A DNA stretch of 61,736 nucleotides, filler included, from Sandaracinaceae bacterium (GCA_947483975.1; 3 parts of 3 records of this genome joined end to end with filler, not necessarily neighbours in it); one strand, 5' to 3'; counted from the first letter of the whole stretch, positions 16,872-26,716 are shown. Notes: a model not told the origin generated them from the letters alone. Translations and numbers: made by a program.

Positions 16872-17686
16872 GCGTGTCTGCTTCGAGCCTGCCGCGGGCG
16901 CTGAGCGCGCTGCCGGCGATGGCGCGGGTCGGCTTCGCGGAGGCGGTCGCGTATCGCGCCGAGATGCTGATCTGGATCCTCTCGACCTCGATGCCGCTCG
17001 TGATGATGCCGCTCTGGCTCGCGGTGACGCGCGGCGGCCCGGTGCAGGGGATGAGCTCGTCGGACGTCGTCGCGTACTTCCTCGCGACGTTCATCGCGCG
17101 GCAGCTGACGAGCTGCTGGGTGTCTTGGCAGATCAACTGGGAGGTGCGGCAGGGCACGCTCGCGATGCGCCTGCTGCGGCCGATCCCGCCGATCTTCGCG
17201 TTCATGGTCGAGCACGTGACGGCGCTGCCGATTCGCCTCGTGATCGCGATGCCGCTGACGGTGACGCTCCTCGTCGTGCTCGCGGGCGACAAGCTGCCGC
17301 ACACGCTCGCGCTCTGGGCGCTGACGCTGTTGTCGCTCGCGGGCGCGTGGACGCTGACGTTCTTCGTGCAGGTCGCGATCGGCGCGCTCTCGCTCTTTCT
17401 GCAGAGCAGCATCCGCGTGATGGACGTCTGGTTCGCTGGCTACATGGTGTTCAGCGGCTACCTGATCCCGCTGCGGATGTTCCCGACGTGGGTGCGGGAG
17501 GTGATCGACTGGCTGCCGTTTCGCTATCAGATCGGCGTGCCGGTGGAGCTGATGACGAGCGCGCACGCCCTGCCCGAGGCGCTCGGCTTGGTCGCGCGGC
17601 AGTGGGGCTTCGCGCTGCTCGCGCTCGCCGTCGCCTGGCTCGTGTGGAGGCGCGGCGTCGCGCGCTTCTCGGCGTACGGAGGCTGA
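16868..17686 (+). CDS. ABC-2 family permease (DUF990-like)
   Basis: ATGA overlap. About 6 TM segments, EVRQGTLAMRLLRP, SGYLIP, LPF..PV. Confidence 0.87.
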   Translation: MSVSASSLPRALSALPAMARVGFAEAVAYRAEMLIWILSTSMPLVMMPLWLAVTRGGPVQGMSSSDVVAYFLATFIARQLTSCWVSWQINWEVRQGTLAMRLLRPIPPIFAFMVEHVTALPIRLVIAMPLTVTLLVVLAGDKLPHTLALWALTLLSLAGAWTLTFFVQVAIGALSLFLQSSIRVMDVWFAGYMVFSGYLIPLRMFPTWVREVIDWLPFRYQIGVPVELMTSAHALPEALGLVARQWGFALLALAVAWLVWRRGVARFSAYGG

Positions 17687-17687
17687 G

Positions 17688-18476
17688 TTGCGACGCTACG
17701 CGCGCCTCTTCGCTGTGCAAGTGCGCGCTTCGGCGCTCCTCGCGATGCAATACCGGGTCGACTTCGTCATCGACGGGATGCTCTCCGCGTTCAGCGCGGG
17801 CGTCGCGCTCATCCCGCTCTTCGTGGTGTTCACGCACCGCACGAGCATCGAGGGCTGGACGTTCGGCGAAGCGCTCGTCGTCACGGGGTGGTTCACGCTG
17901 CTGCAAGGCGTGCTCGAGGGCGCGATCAACCCGAGCCTGACGACCGTCGTCGATCACATCCGCAAGGGCACGCTCGACTTCGTGCTGCTCAAGCCCGCCG
18001 ACGCGCAGTTCATGGTCTCGACCGCGCGATTTCTGCCGTGGCGCGCGATGAGCATCGTGACCGCGCTGGGCATCTTCGTCCTGGCGTTCGTGCGCCTCGG
18101 GAGGCTGCCGTCCCTGACGGGCGTGCTGCTGTCGCTCGCGATGCTCGTCGCAGCGATCGCGCTGCTCTACTCGCTCTGGATCCTCACGGTGAGCGCGGCG
18201 TTCTACGTCGTGAAGATCGACAACCTGACGTTTCTCTTCGGCTCGATCTTCGACTTCGCGCGCTGGCCCTCGTCGCTCTTCCGTGGCGTCGTCGGCTTCG
18301 TCTTCACGTTCATCTTGCCGCTGGCGCTGATGACGACCTATCCGGCGGAGGCGCTCCTCGGTCGGCTGCGGCTCTCGACGTTCCTCGGCTCCATGGTCGC
18401 TGCGGTGGGCTTCGTCACCTTTGCCCGCCTGGTGTGGAAAAGCTCCATCAGGCGCTACACTTCAGCCTCGAGCTGA
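17688..18476 (+). CDS. ABC-2 family permease (DUF990-like)
   Basis: TTG start right after the previous stop. QYRVDF, IRKGTLDFVLLKP, FTFILP..TYPAEAL, C-terminal YTSASS. Confidence 0.87.
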   Translation: MRRYARLFAVQVRASALLAMQYRVDFVIDGMLSAFSAGVALIPLFVVFTHRTSIEGWTFGEALVVTGWFTLLQGVLEGAINPSLTTVVDHIRKGTLDFVLLKPADAQFMVSTARFLPWRAMSIVTALGIFVLAFVRLGRLPSLTGVLLSLAMLVAAIALLYSLWILTVSAAFYVVKIDNLTFLFGSIFDFARWPSSLFRGVVGFVFTFILPLALMTTYPAEALLGRLRLSTFLGSMVAAVGFVTFARLVWKSSIRRYTSASS

Positions 18477-18533
18477 CGTTCTCGTGCCCCATAAACTGGA
18501 CACGGCGCGCCGCGATATGCGATCGGAGAGGCG

Positions 18534-19301
18534 ATGAACGGCGGCACCCGGCCCACGGCATTCACGCTCGGCGACACCATCGCACGCGCTGCGCGCGCCG
18601 GGCACGAGGGGGATGTGCTGCTCCGCGACGAGGTGGGGCGCGTTCACCGCGTCACGCTGCGCGCGGGAAACGTCATCGCCGTGCGGCTCGCCGGGCGCTT
18701 CGACCCGCTCCTCGAGCAGCTCTATCGCAACGGCGCCGTCGACGAGGCGGGCGTCGTCGCGGTGCTCGAGGCGCTCGGGCGGTCGGAGCGGCGAGTCGGT
18801 GAGCTAGCGATCGCCATCGCCGGCGCGCGCCCCGAGGACGTTCGCGAGGCGCTCGCCGAGCAGTTGCACGCTCGGATTCAGGAGCTCTTCGTGGTGGCGG
18901 AGACCTCGGCGACGCCGAGCCTCGCGGCACGCGCCGTACTGCCGAGTGAAGGGGCTGGGGCGCTGCCTTGGCGCGAGGTCGTGCGCGGCACACTGCGCGG
19001 TCGGGACCTGCGGGCGGCACAGAGCACGTGGCAGCGCACCTGGCAGAGCGCGCAGCAAAGCAGCTGGCAAGGCGCGCAGCAAAGCAGCTGGCAAGGCGCG
19101 CGCGACGGCGAGCGACAGAGCACCTGGGACGGGGCCGCGCCGCGGGTCACCACGCACTCGATGCCGAGCAGCCGCGCGGAGCTGCGCCGCCTCGCGAAGC
19201 ACTGTCACCCCGACCTCACGCGGCATCTGCCGGCCGCCGAGCAGGCCGCTCGCGCCGCGCAGCTAGCGCGCGCAACAGCCGCTTTTCACGGCCTCTGCTA
19301 G
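18534..19301 (+). CDS. Hypothetical protein, DUF4388-like N-terminus and short J-domain-like HPD tail
   Basis: GDVLLRDEVGRVHRVTLRAG and RRVGELAI resemble myxobacterial DUF4388-type proteins. Q/S/W repeat linker. C-terminal LRRLAKHCHPD. Confidence 0.6.
   Translation: MNGGTRPTAFTLGDTIARAARAGHEGDVLLRDEVGRVHRVTLRAGNVIAVRLAGRFDPLLEQLYRNGAVDEAGVVAVLEALGRSERRVGELAIAIAGARPEDVREALAEQLHARIQELFVVAETSATPSLAARAVLPSEGAGALPWREVVRGTLRGRDLRAAQSTWQRTWQSAQQSSWQGAQQSSWQGARDGERQSTWDGAAPRVTTHSMPSSRAELRRLAKHCHPDLTRHLPAAEQAARAAQLARATAAFHGLC
19050..19100 (+). repeat. 24-bp coding tandem duplication (AQQSSWQG x2)
   Basis: gcgcagcaaagcagctggcaaggc twice, with degenerate flanking STW/RTW units. Confidence 0.8.
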
Positions 19302-19380
19302 GCCGCAGCGCCCTTGCGCCCCTCGGGGGCAGCGTGTAAGGAGCGGCAGCCTTTGGGCTTACGCCGGGGCTCATACGACC

Positions 19381-20667
19381 ATGTCGCAGCTCCAGGCCGT
19401 CAAGGGAATGAACGATGTGCTGCCCGACGAGATCGGGCGGTGGCGCAAGCTCGAAGAGCGCTTTCGCGAGGTGACGGGGCGCTACGGGTACCGCGAGGTG
19501 CGCACGCCCGTCGTCGAGCCGACGCAGCTCTTCGTGCGCTCGATCGGCGAGGCGACCGACGTCGTCGAGAAGGAGATGTACTCCTTCATCGACAAGGGCG
19601 ACGACTCGCTGACGCTGCGCCCCGAGGGCACCGCCGGCGCCGTGCGCGCGTACCTCGAGCACAGCGTCTACGGCAAAGAGCCCGTGACGAAGTGGATCTA
19701 CGTCGGGCCGATGTACCGCCGTGAGCGCCCCGCCAAGGGCCGCTATCGGCAGTTCTATCAGGCGGGCGCGGAGCTCTACGGGGATCCCGGGCCGTACGTC
19801 GACGCCGAGATGATCGACATGCTCGCGACGTTCCTGCGGGAGCTCGGCGTGCAGGACGTCGAGGTGCTGGTGAACTCGCTCGGCGGCATGGAGACGCGCG
19901 CGCGCTATCGCGATGCGCTCGTCGCGTACTTCACGCCGCACCGCGCGCAGCTCAGCGAGGACAGCCAGCGGCGCCTCGAGACGAACCCGCTGCGCATCCT
20001 CGACAGCAAGTCCGAGAGCGACAAGGCGCTCGCCAAGGACGCGCCGAGCATCCTCGACTTCCTCGGCGAGGACGACCGCGCGCACTTCGACGGGCTGCGT
20101 CGCACGCTCGACGCGCTCGGCACGGCGTACCGGGTCGAGCCGCGGCTGGTGCGCGGGCTCGACTACTACACGCGCACGCTGTTCGAGATTCAGGGGCACG
20201 GCGGCGGGCTCGGCGCACAGAGCACGATCTGCGGCGGGGGTCGCTACGACAACCTCGTGCAGCAGCTCGGCGGGCCGCAGACGCCCGCCATCGGCTTCGC
20301 GTTCGGCATCGAGCGCATCTTGCTCGCGGGAGGCACGGAAGCGCCTGCGCCGCGCTGTGATGTGCTCGTCGTCGCGGCGTCGAGCGCGGAGCTCGGCGAG
20401 GCTGTGCTCGTCGCGCGCGATCTGCGAGCGCGCGGGCTGATCGTGGAGGCGGACCTCCGAGGGCAGTCGATGAAGAACCAGCTGCGGCGTGCGGACAAGC
20501 TCGGGGCGCGGCTCGCCGTGTTGATCGGTGGGGCGGAGCTCGAGCGCGGCGTCGCGCAGCTGAAGGACCTCGCGTCGCGGACGCAGCACGAGGTGCCCCG
20601 CGCGGAGCTGACCGAGCGGATCGTCGCGCTCCTCGCGAGCCCGGCGACGGGAGACGCCGCTCGATGA
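19381..20667 (+). CDS. hisS: Histidine--tRNA ligase
   Basis: VKGMND, KEMYSF, LRPEGTAG, YRRERPAKGRYRQFYQ, LVRGLDYY, GGGRYD, GFAFGIER, anticodon-binding C-terminal domain. Confidence 0.97.
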   Translation: MSQLQAVKGMNDVLPDEIGRWRKLEERFREVTGRYGYREVRTPVVEPTQLFVRSIGEATDVVEKEMYSFIDKGDDSLTLRPEGTAGAVRAYLEHSVYGKEPVTKWIYVGPMYRRERPAKGRYRQFYQAGAELYGDPGPYVDAEMIDMLATFLRELGVQDVEVLVNSLGGMETRARYRDALVAYFTPHRAQLSEDSQRRLETNPLRILDSKSESDKALAKDAPSILDFLGEDDRAHFDGLRRTLDALGTAYRVEPRLVRGLDYYTRTLFEIQGHGGGLGAQSTICGGGRYDNLVQQLGGPQTPAIGFAFGIERILLAGGTEAPAPRCDVLVVAASSAELGEAVLVARDLRARGLIVEADLRGQSMKNQLRRADKLGARLAVLIGGAELERGVAQLKDLASRTQHEVPRAELTERIVALLASPATGDAAR

Positions 20668-20923
20668 CGCGCAAGACGTGCTTCGCGCTGGGGCTGCTCC
20701 TCGCCCTCGCGCTCACTGGGCGAGCGCGCCCGCTCGCTGCACAGGATGTCCGCCCTGAAGGCGGCGACGTCGCAGCGGACGACGAGACTGGCGCTGACGC
20801 GGAGCCCGCCGAGGGCGCTGACGCGGAGCCCGCCGAGGGCGCTGACGCGGAGCCCGCCGAGGGCGCTGACGCGGAGCCCGCCGAGGGCGCTGACGCGGAG
20901 CCCGCCGAGGGCGCTGACGCGGA
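20664..20923 (+). CDS. Secreted protein with acidic repeats, truncated by assembly gap
   Basis: ATGA overlap with hisS. Signal peptide MTRKTCFALGLLLALALTGRARPLAA, then GADAEPAE repeats running into the Ns. Confidence 0.65.
20790..20923 (+). repeat. 24-bp perfect tandem repeat, at least 5.5 copies, ending at contig break
   Basis: ggcgctgacgcggagcccgccgag units. This repeat likely caused the assembly break. Confidence 0.93.
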
Positions 20924-21023
20924 NNNNNNNNNNNNNNNNNNNNNNNNNNNNNNNNNNNNNNNNNNNNTTAATTAATTAANNNNNNNNNNNNNNNNNNNNN
21001 NNNNNNNNNNNNNNNNNNNNNNN
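20924..21023. other. Artificial contig spacer
   Basis: 44 N + TTAATTAATTAA (stops in all six frames) + 44 N. Confidence 0.97.
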
Positions 21024-21520
21024 ATGCCCCGGAAGTCCATCAGCGAATAGAGCTCTTTGATCGTCGGCAGGCGCCAATCGCTGAACCCGCCATAGGCCAT
21101 CGCGTTCACCGTCGCGACCCACGCCTGCGCGTCCGGGACGGTCTTCTTGTCGGCGGTGGTCGGGGGCGCGAGCGTCGTATTGGGGCCGCGCATCCACGTC
21201 AGCCCAGTGACGTTATCGAGCACTGTCTGCGAGTCCGCGCTCAGCGTGTAGCTCGGCCGGAGCCCGTCAAATTGGGCGTCTTGGCCATAGAAGGCCGCGC
21301 CTGCGGCGGGCGCCGCGAGCTCCATCACGGTGTCGTAACAAGCGGTCTGCGCCGTGTCGACGATCGGATAGCTGCGGGTGACGGCGCCCCCGTCGACCTC
21401 AGGAGTGCCTGAGTCGAGAGTGGCAGTCTTGCTCGTGCCGCAGCCCGACGAGAGTGGGAGTGACAGCGCGAGCACGACGAGGAACGACAGGAGGAGCGGA
21501 GTGGGACGAGCGAGACGCAT
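21024..21520 (-). CDS. DUF1566 (Lcl C-terminal-like) lipoprotein, 3' truncated by gap
   Basis: Lipobox SSGC. YPIVDTAQTACYD, FYGQDAQ, TVLDNVTGLTW, YGGFSDWRLPTIKELYSL. Confidence 0.8.
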
Positions 21521-21611
21521 GAGGGGAGTCTCCGGGGGAAAGCAGCCACGAGTGTAGCCCCTCGGACGCCCCTCAGCGTCAGCTCACGGCGCCGTCCGCG
21601 CCGCGCGCTCG

Positions 21612-22253
21612 TCAGCCGAAGCGCAGCACCTTGTACGCGTGCGCCCAGTCGTTGCGCTGAAAGCCCGGCGCGCACCAGAGCTGACAGAGCGGCTCGAGGG
21701 CGCGCGCGCCCGCCGCCTTGCCGAGGTCCTCGCTGCTCCAGCCGAACTGCGTGAGGATCGCGACGACCGCCGCCTTCGCGTCGGCGTCGTTGCCGCAGAT
21801 GAACATCGCGGGCGGGCCGCCGGGGAACTGCGGGTCGACCATGAAGCCGCTCCCGACGCTGTTCCACGCCTTGATGAAGCGCGCGGCGGGGTGCGCCGCC
21901 TGCAGGCGCTCCATCAGCGAGTCGTTCGGCCCCGTGAAGTAGCGGAGGATGCCGTCGTCCGGCGGCTCATCGGCGATCGGGTTCGTCGTGTCGATCACGA
22001 TCTTGCCGTCGAGCCCCGCGCCCGCGAGCGCGGCCGCGTCCATCGCCGCCGTGCCCTTGACCGCGAGCACGACGACCTCGCCGAACGCCGCGACCTCCGC
22101 GAAGCTGCCCGCCGCGATCCCCTCCGCGACGACGTCCGCGACCTTGCTCGCGTCGCGCGTCCCGATGCGGACCTCGTAGCCCTTCGCGGCGAACCCGCGC
22201 GCGAGCACCTTCGCGACCGTCCCCGAACCAAGCACACCGACACGCTTCGTCAT
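21612..22253 (-). CDS. NADP oxidoreductase, F420-dependent NADP reductase-like dinucleotide-binding enzyme
   Basis: Rossmann GVLGSG, IGTRD, VIDTTNP, IKAWNSVG, MFICGNDADAK, ARALEPL. GGAGG RBS. Confidence 0.88.
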   Translation of the reverse strand: MTKRVGVLGSGTVAKVLARGFAAKGYEVRIGTRDASKVADVVAEGIAAGSFAEVAAFGEVVVLAVKGTAAMDAAALAGAGLDGKIVIDTTNPIADEPPDDGILRYFTGPNDSLMERLQAAHPAARFIKAWNSVGSGFMVDPQFPGGPPAMFICGNDADAKAAVVAILTQFGWSSEDLGKAAGARALEPLCQLWCAPGFQRNDWAHAYKVLRFG

Positions 22254-22394
22254 GAATCGCCTCCCCAGCTGAGTGGACCGCGAACCTAAGACCAAGCCCG
22301 CGCTTTGCCCAGAGGCGTCACGCGATCGACGCTGTTTTCGGCAGCCTCAGACTGCGCAGGGGATCACGCGAGGCGCGCACGCGTAGGATGCGGC

Positions 22395-22877
22395 GTGGAC
22401 TCCGAAGACATCCCGTTCGGGCTGCGCCGCTACTGGCTCGCGCTCGCGCTGTTCGGCGGCGGTGGCGCGGGCTTCATCGCGTGGAGCCGCACCGTCACCG
22501 AGCCGATGTTCCTGTTTCCGTTCGGGCGCCTCGACGCCGACAGCGCGAGCATGGTGCTGCTCGCGATCGGCGCGGGCTCGCTCGTGTACACCTGCGCGCT
22601 CGTCTACCTGCGCTTCGCCAAGCGCCCCGTCGTCGCGCTTCGAGCGGACTCGGTCACCGTCCCGCTCGGTGAGTTTGCGAGGACGAGCGTCACGCTCCGC
22701 GCGGGCGACGTGCTCAGCGTCCGCCAAGAGGGCCCGCGCGCGGGAGGCTGGCGGAGCTGCCACATCCGACACCGCGGCGGCGAGCTCCTCGTGCGCTCGA
22801 GCGCGCTCCCGAACGACGAGGCGTACTTCCGAGTTTGTGAGCGGCTGACTGCGCTCATGCGCCGCGGGGGCGAGTAG
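22395..22877 (+). CDS. Hypothetical membrane protein (2 TM plus small beta domain)
   Basis: Two hydrophobic helices and GC3-rich codons. GTG start inferred, with TAGGAT 5 nt upstream. Confidence 0.6.
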   Translation: MDSEDIPFGLRRYWLALALFGGGGAGFIAWSRTVTEPMFLFPFGRLDADSASMVLLAIGAGSLVYTCALVYLRFAKRPVVALRADSVTVPLGEFARTSVTLRAGDVLSVRQEGPRAGGWRSCHIRHRGGELLVRSSALPNDEAYFRVCERLTALMRRGGE

Positions 22878-23358
22878 CGCGGCACGCCCTCGCGCCGCGG
22901 CCACTCAGCTCACGCGTCAGCAGTACGTCGCGTGGAGGACGAGGCTCTTCTCGGAGGCCAGGATCTTCTCGGCGACGCGCGCCTTGAGCAGCGTCGGAGG
23001 TGCGGAGTCCTCTGCCGCCGAGGTCGCCACGCGCTCCGCGTCTCCCGTCGGCGAGCCGTCCTCGTCGACGCCGCGCTCGCCGAGGTAGAGCGACGCGATC
23101 GACCAGCCCGCGGGCGTCACGAAGGTGCCAGTGGACGGGTATTCCTCGTCCTCGTCCTCGCTCGACGGGGACGCGAGCCTCCGAGGGAAGGGGCCGCGAA
23201 GCGGCGGCGGAGCATAGTACCCGCGGGGCGGGAAATGCTTCCCTGAACAGCGGCCCACGAAGCCCGCGCGCGAGGCGCTGCAATCCTGGGCGAGCGCCGA
23301 GCTGAGGCGCGCTATCGTTCGCTCGCCGCCCCGTGCGCCCAACTCGGAGGAATCGCCG

Positions 23359-23667
23359 ATGAAGAACACCCGTCGCTGCCCCAAGTGCCAGTGCGATCGC
23401 ATCCTCTACATCGCCACCGTCGCGGACCGCTATGGCGAGCACCTGAATCAGGACGCGTCTGTGCCGATGAAGATCGCGCACTACAGCAAGTCGATGGGCA
23501 AGGTGCTCGGCCTCGCGCTGACCACGACGGAGCGCGCGGGCGAGCTCGAGGCGGGCGTGTGCCCGGCGTGCGGCTACACCGAGCTCTACACGAAGAACCC
23601 GCACGACATCATCGTCGACGGCGTGAACGTGCGTGAGCTCGTCGCGGACGAGCCCGCCAAGCCGTGA
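23359..23667 (+). CDS. Small zinc-ribbon protein
   Basis: GGAGG RBS. CPKC...CPACGYTELY. Confidence 0.8.
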   Translation: MKNTRRCPKCQCDRILYIATVADRYGEHLNQDASVPMKIAHYSKSMGKVLGLALTTTERAGELEAGVCPACGYTELYTKNPHDIIVDGVNVRELVADEPAKP

Positions 23668-23690
23668 CGCTCCTCGCCGCGAGTCGCTGA

Positions 23691-24356
23691 ATGACGCTCA
23701 TGCTGCCACGCCTCGAAGCGCGTGAGCTCTCGGTTGGCTTCGGCGCGCGGCTCGTGCTCGAGCGCGTGACTTTCACGCTCGGCGCGCGAGAGATCGCGTT
23801 GATCGAGGGCCCCTCGGGCGGCGGAAAGAGCACGTTTCTGCGCGCGCTCGCGACGCTGCAGGCGCGCTCGAGCGGCGAGCTGCTGCTCGACGGACACCCG
23901 GAGTCTGGCTTCGCGCCGGCGCGATATCGGGCGCTCGTCGCCTATGTGCCGCAGCTCCCGGTGATGTTCGCGGGGAGCGTCGCCGACAACGTGCGCGCGG
24001 GGCCGAGGCTGCGCGGAGTCCAGCTCTCCGACGCGCAGGTCAGCGACCTGCTGCGGCGCGCGGCGCTCGACGACTCGCTCTCGACGCGCCCCGCGCGAGA
24101 GCTCTCGGGCGGCGAGAAGCAGCGCGTCGCCATCGCGCGCGCGCTCGCGAATCAGCCGCAGGTGGTGCTCTTCGACGAGCCGACCTCCGCGCTCGATCCG
24201 TCCGCGAGCGCAGACATCCTGACGCTGGTGCGCGCGTGCGCCGAGGGCGGCTGCGGCGTCGTCGTCGTCACGCACTCGCACGAGCAAGCGCTCACGCTGG
24301 GCGGCGCGCGCTACACCTGCGCGGGCGGGCGCGTCGAGCGGACGGTGAGCGCGTGA
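23691..24356 (+). CDS. ABC transporter ATP-binding protein (FetA/YbbL-like)
   Basis: GPSGGGKST, YVPQLP, LSGGEKQR, LFDEPTSALD, VTH. Confidence 0.88.
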   Translation: MTLMLPRLEARELSVGFGARLVLERVTFTLGAREIALIEGPSGGGKSTFLRALATLQARSSGELLLDGHPESGFAPARYRALVAYVPQLPVMFAGSVADNVRAGPRLRGVQLSDAQVSDLLRRAALDDSLSTRPARELSGGEKQRVAIARALANQPQVVLFDEPTSALDPSASADILTLVRACAEGGCGVVVVTHSHEQALTLGGARYTCAGGRVERTVSA

Positions 24357-25183
24357 GCTACGTGGACATCCCGCCTTGGCGGCTGCTGATCGTGTTCGCG
24401 CTCGTGCTCGTCACGTCGCTGTTCGTGTCGAGGCGCGCGGGGCTCGGGCTCGAGCGGAGCCTCGTCGTCGGCGTCGTGCGGGCCGCCGCGCAGCTGCTCG
24501 CGGTGGGCTATCTGCTCGTCGCGCTCTTCGCGCATGAGCGCCCTGAGTGGGTGCTGCTGATGCTCAGCGTCATGCTCGCCGTCGCCGCCGCGACGAGCGC
24601 GCACCGCGTCGAGAGCGGCCCGCCTACGAGGGTGATGGCGCCGCGCACCCTCCTCGCTATCGTCGCCGGCTCAGCCGTCGCGCTCGTGCCCGTGTTCGCC
24701 TTCGTCGTCGCGCCGACCCCTTGGTACGAGGCGCGCTATCTGATCCCGATCAGCGGCATGATCGTCGCCAACGCGATGAACGTCGTCGCCCTCGTCAACG
24801 AGCGATTGTTCGCGACCGCCAAGGCGGACAGCGCCGAGATCGAACAGTGGCTCGCCCTCGGCGCGACTCCCAAGCAAGCCCTCGCGCGCCCCGTGCGAGA
24901 TGCGCTGCGCGGGTCGCTGATCCCCACGATCAATGGCCTGCTGACCGTAGGCTTGGTGTCCCTGCCCGGCATGATGACCGGCCAGATCGTCAGCGGCACC
25001 GCGCCCGAGCACGCGATTCGCTATCAGCTCGTCATCATGTATCAGCTCGTCATCGTCGCCGCGGTGTCGGGCGCGACGGCAGCATTTCTGGCGCGGCGTG
25101 TGCTGTTTACGCCGCGAGAGCAGCTGCGCACGGACTTGGCGCAACTCCCACGCTCACGCGCGAAGCCACGCGCGCAGCGCTGA
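24353..25183 (+). CDS. fetB: ABC transporter permease, UPF0014/FetB family
   Basis: GTGA overlap. RAAAQLLAVGY, RYLIPISGMIVANAMN, LALGAT, GLVSLPGMMTGQI..G..P..AIRYQ. Confidence 0.85.
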   Translation: MSYVDIPPWRLLIVFALVLVTSLFVSRRAGLGLERSLVVGVVRAAAQLLAVGYLLVALFAHERPEWVLLMLSVMLAVAAATSAHRVESGPPTRVMAPRTLLAIVAGSAVALVPVFAFVVAPTPWYEARYLIPISGMIVANAMNVVALVNERLFATAKADSAEIEQWLALGATPKQALARPVRDALRGSLIPTINGLLTVGLVSLPGMMTGQIVSGTAPEHAIRYQLVIMYQLVIVAAVSGATAAFLARRVLFTPREQLRTDLAQLPRSRAKPRAQR

Positions 25184-25231
25184 CTCCCACGCTCGCGCAG
25201 ACTCCCACACTCGCCGCGCAGACTCCGCGAC

Positions 25232-26665
25232 TCAGCCCGCGCGACGCCGCCGAATGACCAGCACGGCGAGCCCCGCGAAGAGGCCGAAGAGCGCGCCATT
25301 TCCGCTGTGCGCGCCGGCCGCGCGACAGCCGCAGTCGCCGGACACGGCGACGACGTGCCTCAGCCCCGCGTCGTCCGTCGCGACCATCGCGTCGTCGATC
25401 GGCCCGCCGTCGCGCATCGGCGGCACGCCCGAGTCGACGCCCGGCAGCACCTCGATCACGCCCTCGATGTTCTCGTCCGCGGGGCCGCCCTGCCCCGGGT
25501 CGCTGAACCACACGGCGCCGTCCTCCACGAGGCCGAAGTGCTCGTGATAGAGGCCGGGCGCGGTGTCCGGCGGCACGGACCAGGTCCACGAGAACCTGTG
25601 GCTGCCGCCGGGCGCGACGGTCAGCCCGGGAGTCAGCCCCGCGGGGCGATTCGGCGCGAGCCAGTCGCCGCCCGCGAACGGGTCGGCGTGATCGCGCGGC
25701 ACCGTCGTCGCGAGGCGCGTGTGATCGTCCCACGTCGCCGTGCCGCTGTTGCGCAGCTCGATCCACGCGGTCGCCGCCTCGCCCGCGCGGATCTGCACGG
25801 TGCCCGCGCTCGAGAGCGGGAACGACTGCGTCACGTACGCCGCGCCGTAGAACGGGGTCGGCGTCGCGCCGCCCGAGGCGAACGCGCGCAGGTCCGCGAG
25901 CGTGCCATTCCAGCGGTTGCGATCGACGTCGGCGCCCGACTCGATGCCGGGCACGACGCCCCCGACGCAGCCTGAGCAGGTGCCGTCCGAATATTGCCAG
26001 AACTGCCAGTCGCTCCAGCCGGTCGGCACCGTCACGCAGCCGGAGGTGTAGCCCGAGACCCAGAGCGCGTTGCCGGGGAAGGACGCCGTGCCGCCGAGGT
26101 AGCTGCCGCCGTCCCAGAACCACGCGCCCGTATAGATCATGGGCGTCTTGCCGGTCGACGCCTCGACGCGCGCGAGCAGGTCCGTGAGGATCGAGTTGCT
26201 GTCTGCCGGCGTCACGCAGCCCACGCCGCCGACCGCGCAGGTGTGGCCCGGCGTCGAGAACGGGCACATGCACTCGACGTCGATGGTGACGGGCAAGTCC
26301 CCGTCGCCGAGCACGCCGACCGCGTCCGCGATGGCCGCCGCTTGGGTCGCCGCGCTGACCGTCGGCCGGAAGTAGAGGTACGCGCCGCGGATCATCCCGG
26401 CGGCCTGAATTCCAGGCCAATTCGCCGCAAAATTCGGATCGGTGTAGGTCCCGTCGCCGAGGCGCGCGATGGCGAACTCGCGCCCCGAGGCGTGCACGGC
26501 GGCCCAGTCGATGGCCCCTTGGAACGACGCGACGTCGAGGCCCTCGACGACGGTCGTGTGGCACATCGTCAGCTCCTCGGCCGTCGCGCCGAAGTCGAGC
26601 TCATCTTGGGCGCAGGACGCGGTCGTCAGCGCGAGGAGGATGAGCCCGAGCGAGGTCGTCTTCAT
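25232..26665 (-). CDS. GH25 lysozyme/muramidase with Ig-like (NBR1-like) domain and MYXO-CTERM
   Basis: GLDVASFQGAIDW, GMIRGAYLYFRP, IDVE, PMIYT, LWVSGY, WQFWQYS, DVDRNRWNG. LRNSGTATW Ig-like domain. C-terminal GCRAAG..LFGLFAGLAVLVIRRRR. N-terminal TASC lipobox. Confidence 0.88.
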   Translation of the reverse strand: MKTTSLGLILLALTTASCAQDELDFGATAEELTMCHTTVVEGLDVASFQGAIDWAAVHASGREFAIARLGDGTYTDPNFAANWPGIQAAGMIRGAYLYFRPTVSAATQAAAIADAVGVLGDGDLPVTIDVECMCPFSTPGHTCAVGGVGCVTPADSNSILTDLLARVEASTGKTPMIYTGAWFWDGGSYLGGTASFPGNALWVSGYTSGCVTVPTGWSDWQFWQYSDGTCSGCVGGVVPGIESGADVDRNRWNGTLADLRAFASGGATPTPFYGAAYVTQSFPLSSAGTVQIRAGEAATAWIELRNSGTATWDDHTRLATTVPRDHADPFAGGDWLAPNRPAGLTPGLTVAPGGSHRFSWTWSVPPDTAPGLYHEHFGLVEDGAVWFSDPGQGGPADENIEGVIEVLPGVDSGVPPMRDGGPIDDAMVATDDAGLRHVVAVSGDCGCRAAGAHSGNGALFGLFAGLAVLVIRRRRAG

Positions 26666-26716
26666 GGGCCGGACCCTATCGCGTTGCCGCCCTCACGGGG
26701 AGAGTGGATTCGCGCG

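Noticed and set aside
20790..20923. 24-bp repeats here and at 382-461 as possible CRISPR arrays
   Set aside because: They are head-to-tail copies without unique spacers, lie in or across coding frames, and no cas genes are present.
20968..20979. AT-rich palindrome TTAATTAATTAA as a regulatory or recombination site
   Set aside because: It is embedded in Ns and repeated identically at 41669-41680, so it is a synthetic linker.
22917..23402. Minus-strand ORF ending ...KSLVLHATYC
   Set aside because: The 3' half looks plausibly coding, but no convincing start or family motif was found and it overlaps the next gene's upstream region. Left uncalled.
25141..25235. Short gactcccac(g/a)ctcgc repeats between convergent genes as a terminator or REP element
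   Set aside because: Only 2-3 degenerate direct copies, with no stem plus U-tract and no other copies noticed in the window.
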